64,000 nt of DNA from an uncultured Alphaproteobacteria bacterium (lineage in GTDB: Bacteria; Pseudomonadota; Alphaproteobacteria; Rhizobiales; Beijerinckiaceae), in NCBI GenBank assembly GCA_963813195.1, contig CAWEYC010000039.1, forward strand, positions 51,579 through 115,578. The letters run 5' to 3'. Both the position numbers and the translations under genes were made by a program. The notes under the pieces are model-generated. The model saw nothing but the letters and a program-made list of their open reading frames with translations. It had not been told where the DNA came from and ran no database searches. Below are positions 1-8,965 of this stretch, one piece after another. Position 1 is the first letter of the stretch. Each line of letters begins with the position of its first letter.

Positions 1-488
1 GCCAGCACCGCGCCTTTGGAGGCGCAATACGCCGCGGCGTTCTTCAGGCCGATATGCGCGGCCGTGGACGCGACGTTGCAGATCTTGCCGCGCTTGTTCT
101 CGATCATGCTCGGCAGCACCGCTTTCATGCCGAGCCAGACGCCCTTGGCGTTGATATCCATGATGCGATCCCAGACATCCTCGGAAACGTCGACGGCTGT
201 GTCGCCGGCAACGGCGACGCCAGCGTTGTTGACGAGCGCGTCGATGGCGCCGAAGCGGCTCAACGTATCGGCGACCAGCTTGTCCCATGCGGCGACGTCG
301 CGAACATCCATTGTCGTCGCAACGGCGGCGCCGCCGGCCGCGGAAATGTCCGCGGCGACCTGAGCGACCCCTTTGACGTCGACCAGCACGACTGTCGCGC
401 CGTAACCGGCAAATCCTTTCGCCGTCGCCCGGCCGATGCCGTCGCCGGCACCGGTCACAATCACCACTTTGCCTTTAAAATTCATCAT
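1..488 (-). CDS. SDR family oxidoreductase (3' end runs off the window)
   Basis: Manual translation from ATG at 488: MMNFKGKVVIVTGAGDGIGRATA...LVNNAG...YCASKGA, giving the TGxxxGIG, NNAG and YxxSK motifs. Not in the ORF track because no stop lies in the window. Confidence 0.93.
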   Translation of the reverse strand, partial: MMNFKGKVVIVTGAGDGIGRATAKGFAGYGATVVLVDVKGVAQVAADISAAGGAAVATTMDVRDVAAWDKLVADTLSRFGAIDALVNNAGVAVAGDTAVDVSEDVWDRIMDINAKGVWLGMKAVLPSMIENKRGKICNVASTAAHIGLKNAAAYCASKGAVL

Positions 489-611
489 GTCGGTTGGTTC
501 CTTTGGGAATGCCTCGCCGGGCGCGGCGCCCTGATGGCCGGGGACTTGGGAAGAGCGAGACGCGGCGGCGAACCGGGCCGCATCGTGCGAGGCTCTGACG
601 CGCGATGCCGC

Positions 612-1817
612 TCATGCCTGCGGCGCCGGCGCATCGCGATAAAGCCTGACGAGACGATCGCGAAAATCAGGCTCGAGTTTCTTCAGTGTGCCGGCGACAG
701 GATCGGCGCCGGCGAGCATCGTATCGGTGGCGTCGCGCGAGAAGTCCATGACGAATCGCACGCGATCGAGACGCCGCTTCTCGACGCGGTCGGGGACGGC
801 GTCGAGGCCGTCGCCGGCGTCCAGCGCGCGGCCGACTTCATCCGCCACCACGCAAGCGTCTTCCACCGCTTGGGTCGCCCCTTGCCCGAGCGTCGGAACC
901 ATCGGATGGGCGGCATCGCCGACGAGCATCACGCCGCGCGCGCCGGAGTAGCGAACCGTTCCGTCCTGCAACCGCGCCCAATGAATCTGGTCGGCATGGC
1001 TTTCAATGGAGGCGATGAGATACTCGGCTTGGGAGGACGGCCGGCCGTTGGCGGGCGTGTAGGCCGCGCGCAGAGCCGCGGGTTGCTTCATGGCGTCGGG
1101 GACATTGCCGTCGGCTGGAATGGGGAACGATCCCGCGCAATAGATGAAGTCGCCAGGCACGCGAAAAGAAAGCAGCCGGTTGGGCCCGTTGAACCACTGG
1201 CCGTAGTCGTCGATCGGACAATCCTCGCCTGCCGGGAACAGCAACCGGTAAAGGCAGACGCCAAGGAAATTCGGCGCCTCGGCGCCGAGAAAACGATCGC
1301 GCACCTGCGAGTAGCGGCCGTCGCCGCCGACAAGCAGATCAATCCCGCCGATGCGCTTCCGACAGCCGTCCGATCTATCGACGTAGCGGACGAACAAGCC
1401 GTTCTCATCGCGCCCGCATTCCCGCATTTCCGCGCCATAGATGATTTTCTCGGCGAGCGGCGCCCGCAGAAGCGCGTAAAGCTCCGCCCAGCGAATGCGA
1501 ATTCCGGGGTTGTCGGAGACCTCTTTCAAAGCCAGGTCCATCAGAACTTGGCCGTCGGTCAGCGAGATCGACCAACTCTCCCAAGGCAGGCTGTTCGCAA
1601 TGATCGTTTCGGCGCGCTCGGGCATGATCTGGCGCAAGGCCTTGAGGGCGTTCGGCCCGACATTGAGGCCCGTGCCGGCGTCCATATGCTCGTCGGCGCC
1701 GACGCGTTCGAAGCAAATGAGATCGATGTCGTCGCGGCGGATCAGACCTGAGGTGATCAGGCTTCCCGCGATTCCGGCGCCGCAGACGACGATGCGCGGT
1801 CGTGTTTTCCGCTTCAT
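612..1817 (-). CDS. FAD-dependent monooxygenase (salicylate / 6-hydroxynicotinate hydroxylase-like, group A)
   Basis: GAGIAG Rossmann motif, DG motif (LVGGDGRYS), GD motif (LVGDAAHPMVPTLGQGA). Start placed at MKRK (1817). Confidence 0.9.
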   Translation of the reverse strand: MKRKTRPRIVVCGAGIAGSLITSGLIRRDDIDLICFERVGADEHMDAGTGLNVGPNALKALRQIMPERAETIIANSLPWESWSISLTDGQVLMDLALKEVSDNPGIRIRWAELYALLRAPLAEKIIYGAEMRECGRDENGLFVRYVDRSDGCRKRIGGIDLLVGGDGRYSQVRDRFLGAEAPNFLGVCLYRLLFPAGEDCPIDDYGQWFNGPNRLLSFRVPGDFIYCAGSFPIPADGNVPDAMKQPAALRAAYTPANGRPSSQAEYLIASIESHADQIHWARLQDGTVRYSGARGVMLVGDAAHPMVPTLGQGATQAVEDACVVADEVGRALDAGDGLDAVPDRVEKRRLDRVRFVMDFSRDATDTMLAGADPVAGTLKKLEPDFRDRLVRLYRDAPAPQA

Positions 1818-1877
1818 GCAACCGCAACTCTCACAAACTGAGAACAACCGACGGCGTCTGCTGGCGGCCGCGCGCGA

Positions 1878-2171
1878 TCATTTGGCTCGTTCGGCGACGA
1901 TCGCGATCAAGCCGCCGCCGTCAGGCCCCTGGTGCTCAGCCCCGCCGGAGACGAAGATCGCCGTGTCGTTGATGACGCTCGCGGCAATCGCGCCGACCGC
2001 CGCGCGAATATGCCGCTGCTGGTCGATGCGCGAACGACTTGGGTCAAAACCCCGCGCGTTTGGCCATTGACGTATGTTTTGCCGATCCGCCCCGCCCGCC
2101 GCAATAGCCCGCCGCAAACTTGAAACGTCGCCTGGATCGGGAAGAGGAAACCGGTGGACGTCCGCTTGCAC
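1878..2171 (-). pseudogene. Internally deleted ring-opening amidohydrolase (AtzD/barbiturase family), 97-aa ORF
   Basis: N-terminus VHRFPLPDPGDVSSL and C-terminus RHIRAAVGA...FVSGGAEHQGPDGGG match the two ends of cyanuric acid hydrolase/barbiturase. About 260 central residues are absent. GTG start with GGAG RBS. Confidence 0.75.
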
Positions 2172-3006
2172 GCATTTTCTCCGCAGGCTGACGGCCAATT
2201 AGGGTCTAAGGACAGACGTCAGATGTCTCAATAGAATTAACAATCCCGGGAAATGCAAGAGCAAAATTGGCGCCCCTCCGGTCGTCCACCGGAAGCGGCC
2301 CAGCGCAGCGGCGCACGAGCGCCTCGCCGCCGTCAAGCCGTTGATCGTGCAACGCCGGGCGTTCCGCGTTCAAGCAGCAGCACCATCTCGTCGACCAGCC
2401 GCGTCTTGCGAAACCGCGTCCAACGGAAGTTGGCGCCCCCGACTTAAAGGCAAATACCACAAACTTCGGTATAGTTCTCCGATCGCTTCGAATACTGGAT
2501 ACCCACCTACGTGCGATTGAGCGATCAGTCTCGGGCGTTTTAAAGTGGCAGTGATCTGAGCGCGGGGCAATCGCAACAATCCCAACGGTCGGGATGACCG
2601 GCCTGCAAATCGCGGTTGAACGGCGAAGGAGTCCGCTCCTTCGCCTTTACGGCGGCGCAGGAGACTAAACTTCGCGCGCGGCGGCCCAATGCGGGGCGAG
2701 GCTCAACAAACCACGTCCCGAAATCGCAAGTCCGCGGCTGTGAGATGGGACGGCAAATAGGAGATGCCCGGTACACCCCACGTGAGGTCGACGAGGGAAG
2801 ACAGAGTTGAACAGCTCGTCAACCAATCCTGGTCCGTTGCCAAGTCGGCGCAATAGCATCGGTAAGAAGGAATCTCCACAGGAGCTGTCCAAAGGGCCTT
2901 TGTCATCTGCCAAAGCGCGAAATAGGCTTGGCGCACATGCCTGCTAGCGGCAAATAGAACTCCATAGGGTCCGCAATATCTTTGCAATCACAGTTTATTG
3001 AAATGA

Positions 3007-4569
3007 GTGGCAGAGCGGATGGATATCAAACCCCTGTTCGGTCTAGGCGGTGTTCTCGTCGCCGCTATGACTGCCGAATTCAATGACCAAGTGACGTCCA
3101 CCGCACTCGCCGACATCCGCGGCGCACTCGCGATCAGCCACGATTCCGGGACATGGATCGAAAGCCTGTATGTGTCTGCCGAAATCATCGGGATGGCGAT
3201 TTCGCCGTGGCTGTTGATGACCCTGACATTAAGGCGCTGGACTCTTTTCGCGATAGCGCTGTGCGGAGCCTCGAGCGTGTTGATCCCGTTCAGCCCGAAC
3301 ATTGAAGCGCTCTACGCGCTGCGGCTGCTCCAGGGGCTCGCGGGGGGCCTGATCATCCCTATCCTGATGACTACGGCCTTTCGTGTTCTTACGCCAAATA
3401 TTCGACTCTACGGCTTGGCCGTCTACGCTTTGACCGCGACATTCACGCCAGCGCTCGCTGCGACGGTCGCTGCATTTTGGACGGATATGGTGAATTGGCG
3501 TTTCGTGTTCTTGCAGACGATCCCTCTTTGCTCTCTGGCTGGCGTTCTCGTCTGGTACTGTCTGCACCAGGATCGGCCGAGATATGAACGGTTTCGAATA
3601 CTGGACTGGCGCGGCACGCTGCTTCTGATGATTGGGACCGGCGCCTTAAGCACCCTGCTGTATCAGGGTGATCAACTCGACTGGTTCAACTCAAGGTTGA
3701 TCTGCGTCCTGGCTCTGGTAAGCGCCGTCGCCATCCCACTGCTGCTAGTCAACGAGTGGTTCCACCCTTTGCCGCTTCTGAAACTGCAGATGCTTGGCCG
3801 GCGCAACCTCGCCTATGGTGTGATAGGTTTGTGCTGCTTTCTGGTCATCAGTCAATCCGGTTCGACTGTGCCCCTGCGATACCTGCAGGAAATCCAGGGG
3901 TACAGACCGCTGCAGTCTAACCTGATCACCCTGGAGATCGCGGCGGCGCAACTCGTGATGCTGCCCGCAATGGCGTTGCTGCTGGATTACAGGTGGGTCG
4001 ATTCGCGCATCGTCAGCTTGGTTGGGCTCGGATTGATCTTCGCATCCTGCATCGGCTCGGCTTCTCTCACGGTCTATTGGAACCGGAATCAATTCTATTT
4101 ATGGCAGGCGCTTCAGGCGGTCGGTCAGCCGATGGTGATTATGCCGCTGCTATTGATGGCGACCAACACCGTTGCCGCCCCGGCGGAAGGTCCTTTCGCG
4201 TCCGCGCTGGTCAACACGTCGCGCGCCATCGCAGAGGCGGCGGGCGCCTGGGTCCTAGACCTGATCGACCGTTGGCGCAACGCGCTGCATTCCGACCGCC
4301 TCATCGATCAAGTCGGTCAGGATCGCTGGCGGGTGATCCAAAGCAATGGGGTGCTGCCCCGGCACCCACCGCCGCTGACGCCCGCCGGTCAGCCCCGAGC
4401 GCCGAACAGCCTGGAAGCCTTCAGCCACGCCTTGGCGCAGCAGGCAACGATTTTATCGACGAGCGACACATTCCTGATCCTCGGAGCCCTGACTCTTTTC
4501 CTGATGGTCGTGGTGATGACGTTGCCTTTCCGCACGGTCCCACCGCGCATCCACTTTGCAAAGCTCTAG
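3007..4569 (+). CDS. DHA2-family MFS efflux permease (EmrB-like)
   Basis: 520 aa, many hydrophobic segments, RLLQGLAGG and WRFVFL motifs, directly upstream of an HlyD gene. Confidence 0.88.
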   Translation: MAERMDIKPLFGLGGVLVAAMTAEFNDQVTSTALADIRGALAISHDSGTWIESLYVSAEIIGMAISPWLLMTLTLRRWTLFAIALCGASSVLIPFSPNIEALYALRLLQGLAGGLIIPILMTTAFRVLTPNIRLYGLAVYALTATFTPALAATVAAFWTDMVNWRFVFLQTIPLCSLAGVLVWYCLHQDRPRYERFRILDWRGTLLLMIGTGALSTLLYQGDQLDWFNSRLICVLALVSAVAIPLLLVNEWFHPLPLLKLQMLGRRNLAYGVIGLCCFLVISQSGSTVPLRYLQEIQGYRPLQSNLITLEIAAAQLVMLPAMALLLDYRWVDSRIVSLVGLGLIFASCIGSASLTVYWNRNQFYLWQALQAVGQPMVIMPLLLMATNTVAAPAEGPFASALVNTSRAIAEAAGAWVLDLIDRWRNALHSDRLIDQVGQDRWRVIQSNGVLPRHPPPLTPAGQPRAPNSLEAFSHALAQQATILSTSDTFLILGALTLFLMVVVMTLPFRTVPPRIHFAKL

Positions 4570-4576
4570 GAGCCCA

Positions 4577-5806
4577 ATGGCGGAGGATGTAGCGGAACTC
4601 GAGACGAGACCCGACGAGCCGACGCGGAAGCCGGAGCCAGACCCGACGCCGGCGCGCAAGAACGACGATCAGGCCCACCAGAAGGATGGAGAGTCGAGTA
4701 AGGTCGAGCCGCCGGAAGCCGATAAGCTTCCCCCGGCTTTGCCGGGGTGGCCCTTTGTTCTGGTCGGACTCGTCGTGGCGATCTTCGTCGCAGTGGTCTT
4801 GTACATCATTTTCCGACCACGCCCAGACGTAGAGACCGACGATGCTTATGTGATGGTCCATTACGCGACGATCGCGCCGCGCATCGCCGGCCAAATCGCT
4901 ACAGCGCCTGTCGACGACAACGACGTCGTCAAGACAGGACAAGTTCTCGCAACGCTGGACCCGCGCGACAACGAAACCGCCTTGGCATCCGCCGAGGCGG
5001 CGGTCGCGCGCGACAGATCGCAACTCGATGAGATCTCTGCGACCGTGTCGCGCCAACCCTCGCTCATTGAAGAGCAGAACGCGGCCGTTGCGTCGGCACG
5101 CGCCAAGCTCGCTTTCGTTGAGGCCGACGCGCGTCGATACAGCAATCTCGCTGCCACGGGAGCCGCCACGGTGCAGGAACACCAGCACGCCGACGCCGCG
5201 CTTCGACAGGGTCAAGATTCGTTGGATAGCGCTGTGGCTTCCCTCGATGCGGCGCGTCGGCAACTTGACGCGCTCAAGGCCCAGAGATCCGCGGCGGAGG
5301 CGGCGGTCAAGGGCGATGAGGCTCAACTTGAACAGGCCAAGCTCAATCTTTCCTACACACAGATTCGCGCGCCGATCGACGGCGTCGTGGGCGAACGGTC
5401 GGTACAAGTCGGCAACTACGTCGGCCCCGGCACGACTTTGATGACTGTCGTGCCGCTCGACCAAGTCTATATCGAAGCGAACTATCGCGAAGTGGATCTG
5501 CTGCACATCCGCGGCGGCCAGCCCGCGACCATCCATGTAGACGCCTATGACATCGACCTCAAAGGGATAGTGGATGGCGTGCCGCCGGCCTCCGGCGCCA
5601 CATTTGCTCCCATCGCGCCCAACAACGCCACTGGCAATTTCACGAAGATCGTGCAACGACTACCGGTCAAGATTGTGGTGACGCCCGGGCAACCTTTGGC
5701 TAAGCTCCTGCGCGTGGGTTTGTCAGTCGAGACCACCATCCATACAGGACTGGAGGATGTCGTGGACGAACAGCGCAGATCAAGCGATCGCGTGACCGGG
5801 CGCTGA
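4577..5806 (+). CDS. HlyD/EmrA-family membrane fusion protein
   Basis: TDDAYV, IAPRIAGQI, IRAPIDGVV and NATGNFTKIVQRLPVKI motifs. ATG 4577 follows a GGAG RBS. Confidence 0.93.
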   Translation: MAEDVAELETRPDEPTRKPEPDPTPARKNDDQAHQKDGESSKVEPPEADKLPPALPGWPFVLVGLVVAIFVAVVLYIIFRPRPDVETDDAYVMVHYATIAPRIAGQIATAPVDDNDVVKTGQVLATLDPRDNETALASAEAAVARDRSQLDEISATVSRQPSLIEEQNAAVASARAKLAFVEADARRYSNLAATGAATVQEHQHADAALRQGQDSLDSAVASLDAARRQLDALKAQRSAAEAAVKGDEAQLEQAKLNLSYTQIRAPIDGVVGERSVQVGNYVGPGTTLMTVVPLDQVYIEANYREVDLLHIRGGQPATIHVDAYDIDLKGIVDGVPPASGATFAPIAPNNATGNFTKIVQRLPVKIVVTPGQPLAKLLRVGLSVETTIHTGLEDVVDEQRRSSDRVTGR

Positions 5807-5809
5807 TTG

Positions 5810-7297
5810 ATGCGCGCCTCGCCTCTTATGGCGCGCCTGTCCGGTCCGATGTTAGGCGCCTGGCTGACCGGCTGCATCGTTGGGCCAGACTACCATATCC
5901 CGGAGATAAAAGAGGCGCCCCGATGGGCGGCGCCGCTTGATAGCAGCGTGCCTAGCCGGACCGTCGAGGGCGCCGTCGACGCGGCTTGGTGGCAGACTTT
6001 CCGTGACGTTCAGTTGTCTTCGCTCGTCGAAAGGCTGGTGGCCCAAAACTTGGACCTCAAGACAGCGGCGGAACGCGTAGTCCAGAGTGTGGCGCAACGC
6101 CAGATCGCAACGTCACAGGGGCTGCCGCATATCGAAGGGCTATCATCAACGACTTATAATCGGCAGAGCCCGAACGGCACGCTCTCTCTGCTCACACCGG
6201 CGCCCGGCGCGCCTTTGGAATACGGCCTCTTTCAAGACGGCTTGACGTCATCGTGGCAGTTAGACCTGTTCGGTCGTGTTCGTCGGGCGGTGGAAGCGGC
6301 CGACGCCAACACCTTGGCGGCCGTGGAGAATCGGCACGGCGTCGCACTCGCGGCGGTCGCCGAATTGGCGCAAAGCTACATGCAATTGCGCGGAACGCAG
6401 GACCGTCTGGGAGTCGCGAAACGCAATCTGCGCCTCGCCGAGGAGAACGTGGAGCTTGTGAACGCGCGTTTCGGTGGCGGAGTCGCCACGACGCTCGACT
6501 TGGCGCAAGCCAGGGCGCAACAAGCCACCATTGCCGCCACGCTGCCGCCGCTGCGCATCCGGGAGGCGGAGCTCATCAACTCCATCGGGCTGCTGTTGGG
6601 CGACGCTCCCGGCGCGCTCGAGGCCGAGTTGCACCGCTCTCAGTTACTGCCGCGCGTGCCGCGCAAGGTTCCGGTGGGGCTGCCCGGAACGCTCATCCGC
6701 CGCCGTCCGGACGTACGCGAAGCTGAGGCACAACTCCATGAAGCCACTGCGCAGACGGGCGTTGCGGTGGCGAACTTCTACCCTGACCTGACATTGAACG
6801 GCGCCGCCAGCGTGGAAAGTCTGCGGCTGACCAATCTGTTTTCCCCGACTTCGGCTGCATTCGCTCTGGGGCCGTCAATTTCGATTCCGATCTTCGAAGG
6901 AGGACAGTTGCGAGGCGCGGTGGCGCTGCGCGAATCACAACAGCGGGAAGCGGCCATCTACTTTCAGAAAACGGTCTTGCAGGCCTGGAAGGAGGTCGAC
7001 GACGCCTTGACCGCTTATCGCGAAGCGCAACGCCGACGAACCGAAGTCGCCCGGGCCGTCACTGAAAATCAGGCCGCTCTGCAAGCCGCGAGGCAACGTT
7101 ACTCGGAGGGCGCGATCGACTTCCTAAATGTCATCACGACACAAGGCCAGTTGCTGCAGAGCGAAAATGATCTCGCCGACAGCGAGACTCAAATCGCGAC
7201 GGATCTGGTCAATCTTTATCGCACGCTCGGGGGAGGATGGGAGATAGCAGATGTCGCCCATGATGCGGACCGATCGGCCCCAGCGAGATCACCGTAG
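5810..7297 (+). CDS. NodT/OprM-family outer membrane efflux lipoprotein
   Basis: Lipobox LTGC then VGPDY, plus SWQLDLFGRVRR, RRPDVREAE and LYRTLGGGW. Confidence 0.92.
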   Translation: MRASPLMARLSGPMLGAWLTGCIVGPDYHIPEIKEAPRWAAPLDSSVPSRTVEGAVDAAWWQTFRDVQLSSLVERLVAQNLDLKTAAERVVQSVAQRQIATSQGLPHIEGLSSTTYNRQSPNGTLSLLTPAPGAPLEYGLFQDGLTSSWQLDLFGRVRRAVEAADANTLAAVENRHGVALAAVAELAQSYMQLRGTQDRLGVAKRNLRLAEENVELVNARFGGGVATTLDLAQARAQQATIAATLPPLRIREAELINSIGLLLGDAPGALEAELHRSQLLPRVPRKVPVGLPGTLIRRRPDVREAEAQLHEATAQTGVAVANFYPDLTLNGAASVESLRLTNLFSPTSAAFALGPSISIPIFEGGQLRGAVALRESQQREAAIYFQKTVLQAWKEVDDALTAYREAQRRRTEVARAVTENQAALQAARQRYSEGAIDFLNVITTQGQLLQSENDLADSETQIATDLVNLYRTLGGGWEIADVAHDADRSAPARSP

Positions 7298-7404
7298 GGG
7301 TTCATCGTGGGCAGGTGATTCGCAAACTGGGCGCCACGTCGGCTATCGATTTGGCGCGGATGGCGGAGAAGTTGAAGATCTCGCCCTGCGTGGTTAGCGG
7401 TTAG
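7282..7404 (+). pseudogene. C-terminal fragment of a FixJ/LuxR response regulator
   Basis: Manual translation SEITVGVHRGQVIRKLGATSAIDLARMAEKL matches the FixJ HTH consensus SEITVKVHRGQVMRKMGARSLADLVRMA. No N-terminus is present. Confidence 0.75.
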
Positions 7405-7630
7405 TGGGCGAAGGAACGGGCATATCGGAGAGATGTCGGATATCGAGGTCGCGCTGGCCGATCGAAGGCGCGCAGCGTATGACCTTGCGCGATTATACTG
7501 AGGGATAGGCCCTCGCTGCCTAAGTACCATGGACGGCGATCCGAGAGGCGGGATAACGTTATTGTGAGCCGCACGCTCCTTAATGCGGGCGTGCGGGCAG
7601 CGTGCCGAATTCACGAAATGGGAGACATGC

Positions 7631-8296
7631 ATGCAAACGCCTCCGTTTGCCTGGCGCCGAGAGGAATTCGTCCTCCTGAGTGAACTGAAGCACCGGCATT
7701 CCAACGGCCTTCAATCGATTGCAAGCGCGATGGCTGGCTGTGGTCGCGAACCGACGCTGACTCGGATACGTGCGAGGCTCGTCGATCTCGAAGAGCGCGT
7801 CTTCGCGCACGCTTCCTTGAATAAGCTTCTCTCCGTCGCGCCGCGCCCGGAACAGTTGGAGCTTCACTGCCTCGCGCTTTGCTTCAACCTTGTTCGTATG
7901 TTCGGCCGCGAAGATGTCACACCCCACGTCCATATGGACGACGTCGACCTTAGTGCGATTCAAGCGTTCTGGACGTCTCTCCTTGTCGCTGAGCTTGTGA
8001 CCAACGCTTTGAAACACAGTTTCCCGGAGAAGCAAGGTGGAACGATCTGGACCGATATGAGGCGCGTAAGGGAGCACGAAGTCGAGTTGACGGTCAGCGA
8101 CAGCCGCAAAGTGTCATTGGACAACCGAGTGATGCGCGAGCCGCGCATTGCGAACGCTCTCGCGCAAAAGCTGTCAGGAAGAATCGACGTCTTGCGAGAC
8201 GAAGGTTATATCACACGTGTGCGGTTCCCACTTGAAACAAAGCGCCGGGACGATGCCAAAGCCATCCTGGATATCGGCGCGGTTTTGGACGACTGA
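7631..8296 (+). CDS. Sensor-less HisKA_2/HWE-type histidine kinase-like protein with degenerate ATP lid
   Basis: ELKHRHSNGLQ H-box-like segment and ELVTNALKHSF N-box. G-boxes are replaced (DSRKV). GGAG RBS before ATG 7631. Confidence 0.7.
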   Translation: MQTPPFAWRREEFVLLSELKHRHSNGLQSIASAMAGCGREPTLTRIRARLVDLEERVFAHASLNKLLSVAPRPEQLELHCLALCFNLVRMFGREDVTPHVHMDDVDLSAIQAFWTSLLVAELVTNALKHSFPEKQGGTIWTDMRRVREHEVELTVSDSRKVSLDNRVMREPRIANALAQKLSGRIDVLRDEGYITRVRFPLETKRRDDAKAILDIGAVLDD

Positions 8297-8669
8297 CCTT
8301 CAGATCGTTTTGTGCTGGCTCGCGAGGTAGGGGGTGGAACCGGGCTCGGTGGTCTTTCCAATACGGGCGCGACCGGACGACCGATGATTGGCCTTGTTGA
8401 AATGGCGCCGCGCTCTTTCGTTCTCGTTTCCAAGCGCGCCGACTTCGCTATTCCCGCACGCCACGTCTACCGATCGCGCGATGGCAAACGGCGCCCCGCG
8501 GCCACTTCCGACGTTTGCAACTCGCGGGATAGCTCGCCAGCAGTCGTGTTCGGCCCGATAACGCTGACCGCGAAACTTGGTGTATCCGCGTCGTCCGCTA
8601 AACCAAAGTATGATCCTATCTACTCGCTAAAGTGTCGACATGTTTTTTCCGCCCAATGGCCTATTCTCC

Positions 8670-8823
8670 CCGAGTCCATTCATCTTCAAAACCGCCTTTC
8701 CCAATGATGAAATCCGCGCGCGCGGGCGCAGTATGCTTCCTGAACAAGCCTTTCACCGATGCGGAACTGATCGCGGGCATCCACTCGGCCCTGGCGCGCC
8801 GACCTCCATGGTGCGGCCGTTGA
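8670..8823 (+). pseudogene. Frameshifted C-terminal remnant of a single-domain response regulator
   Basis: PFIFKTAFPNDEIRAR in one frame continues as AGAVCFLNKPFTDAELIAGIHSALAR in another, the typical receiver-domain tail with the KPF motif. Confidence 0.65.
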
Positions 8824-8965
8824 CTTCAGAAGGAATCTCATAAGTTGAGCCGTGTTGTGCGCAGTCGAGGAGTGGTGCCCCAGGATCGACAGTCGGCGTC
8901 GCCGAATTGTCCAAACTACACCGTCTTCCATGTTTACGCTGCCGGCGGCGGTTGGAGAGAGTTAG

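Noticed and set aside
54-1751. 565-aa plus-strand ORF
   Set aside because: Antisense shadow of the SDR and monooxygenase genes; no motifs, and typical of high-GC DNA.
2206-2987. Several 64-94-aa ORFs between the AtzD relic and the MFS gene
   Set aside because: No recognisable motif or RBS pattern, and they overlap each other; treated as intergenic or decayed DNA.
4421-5656. 411-aa minus-strand ORF
   Set aside because: Antisense to the HlyD gene.
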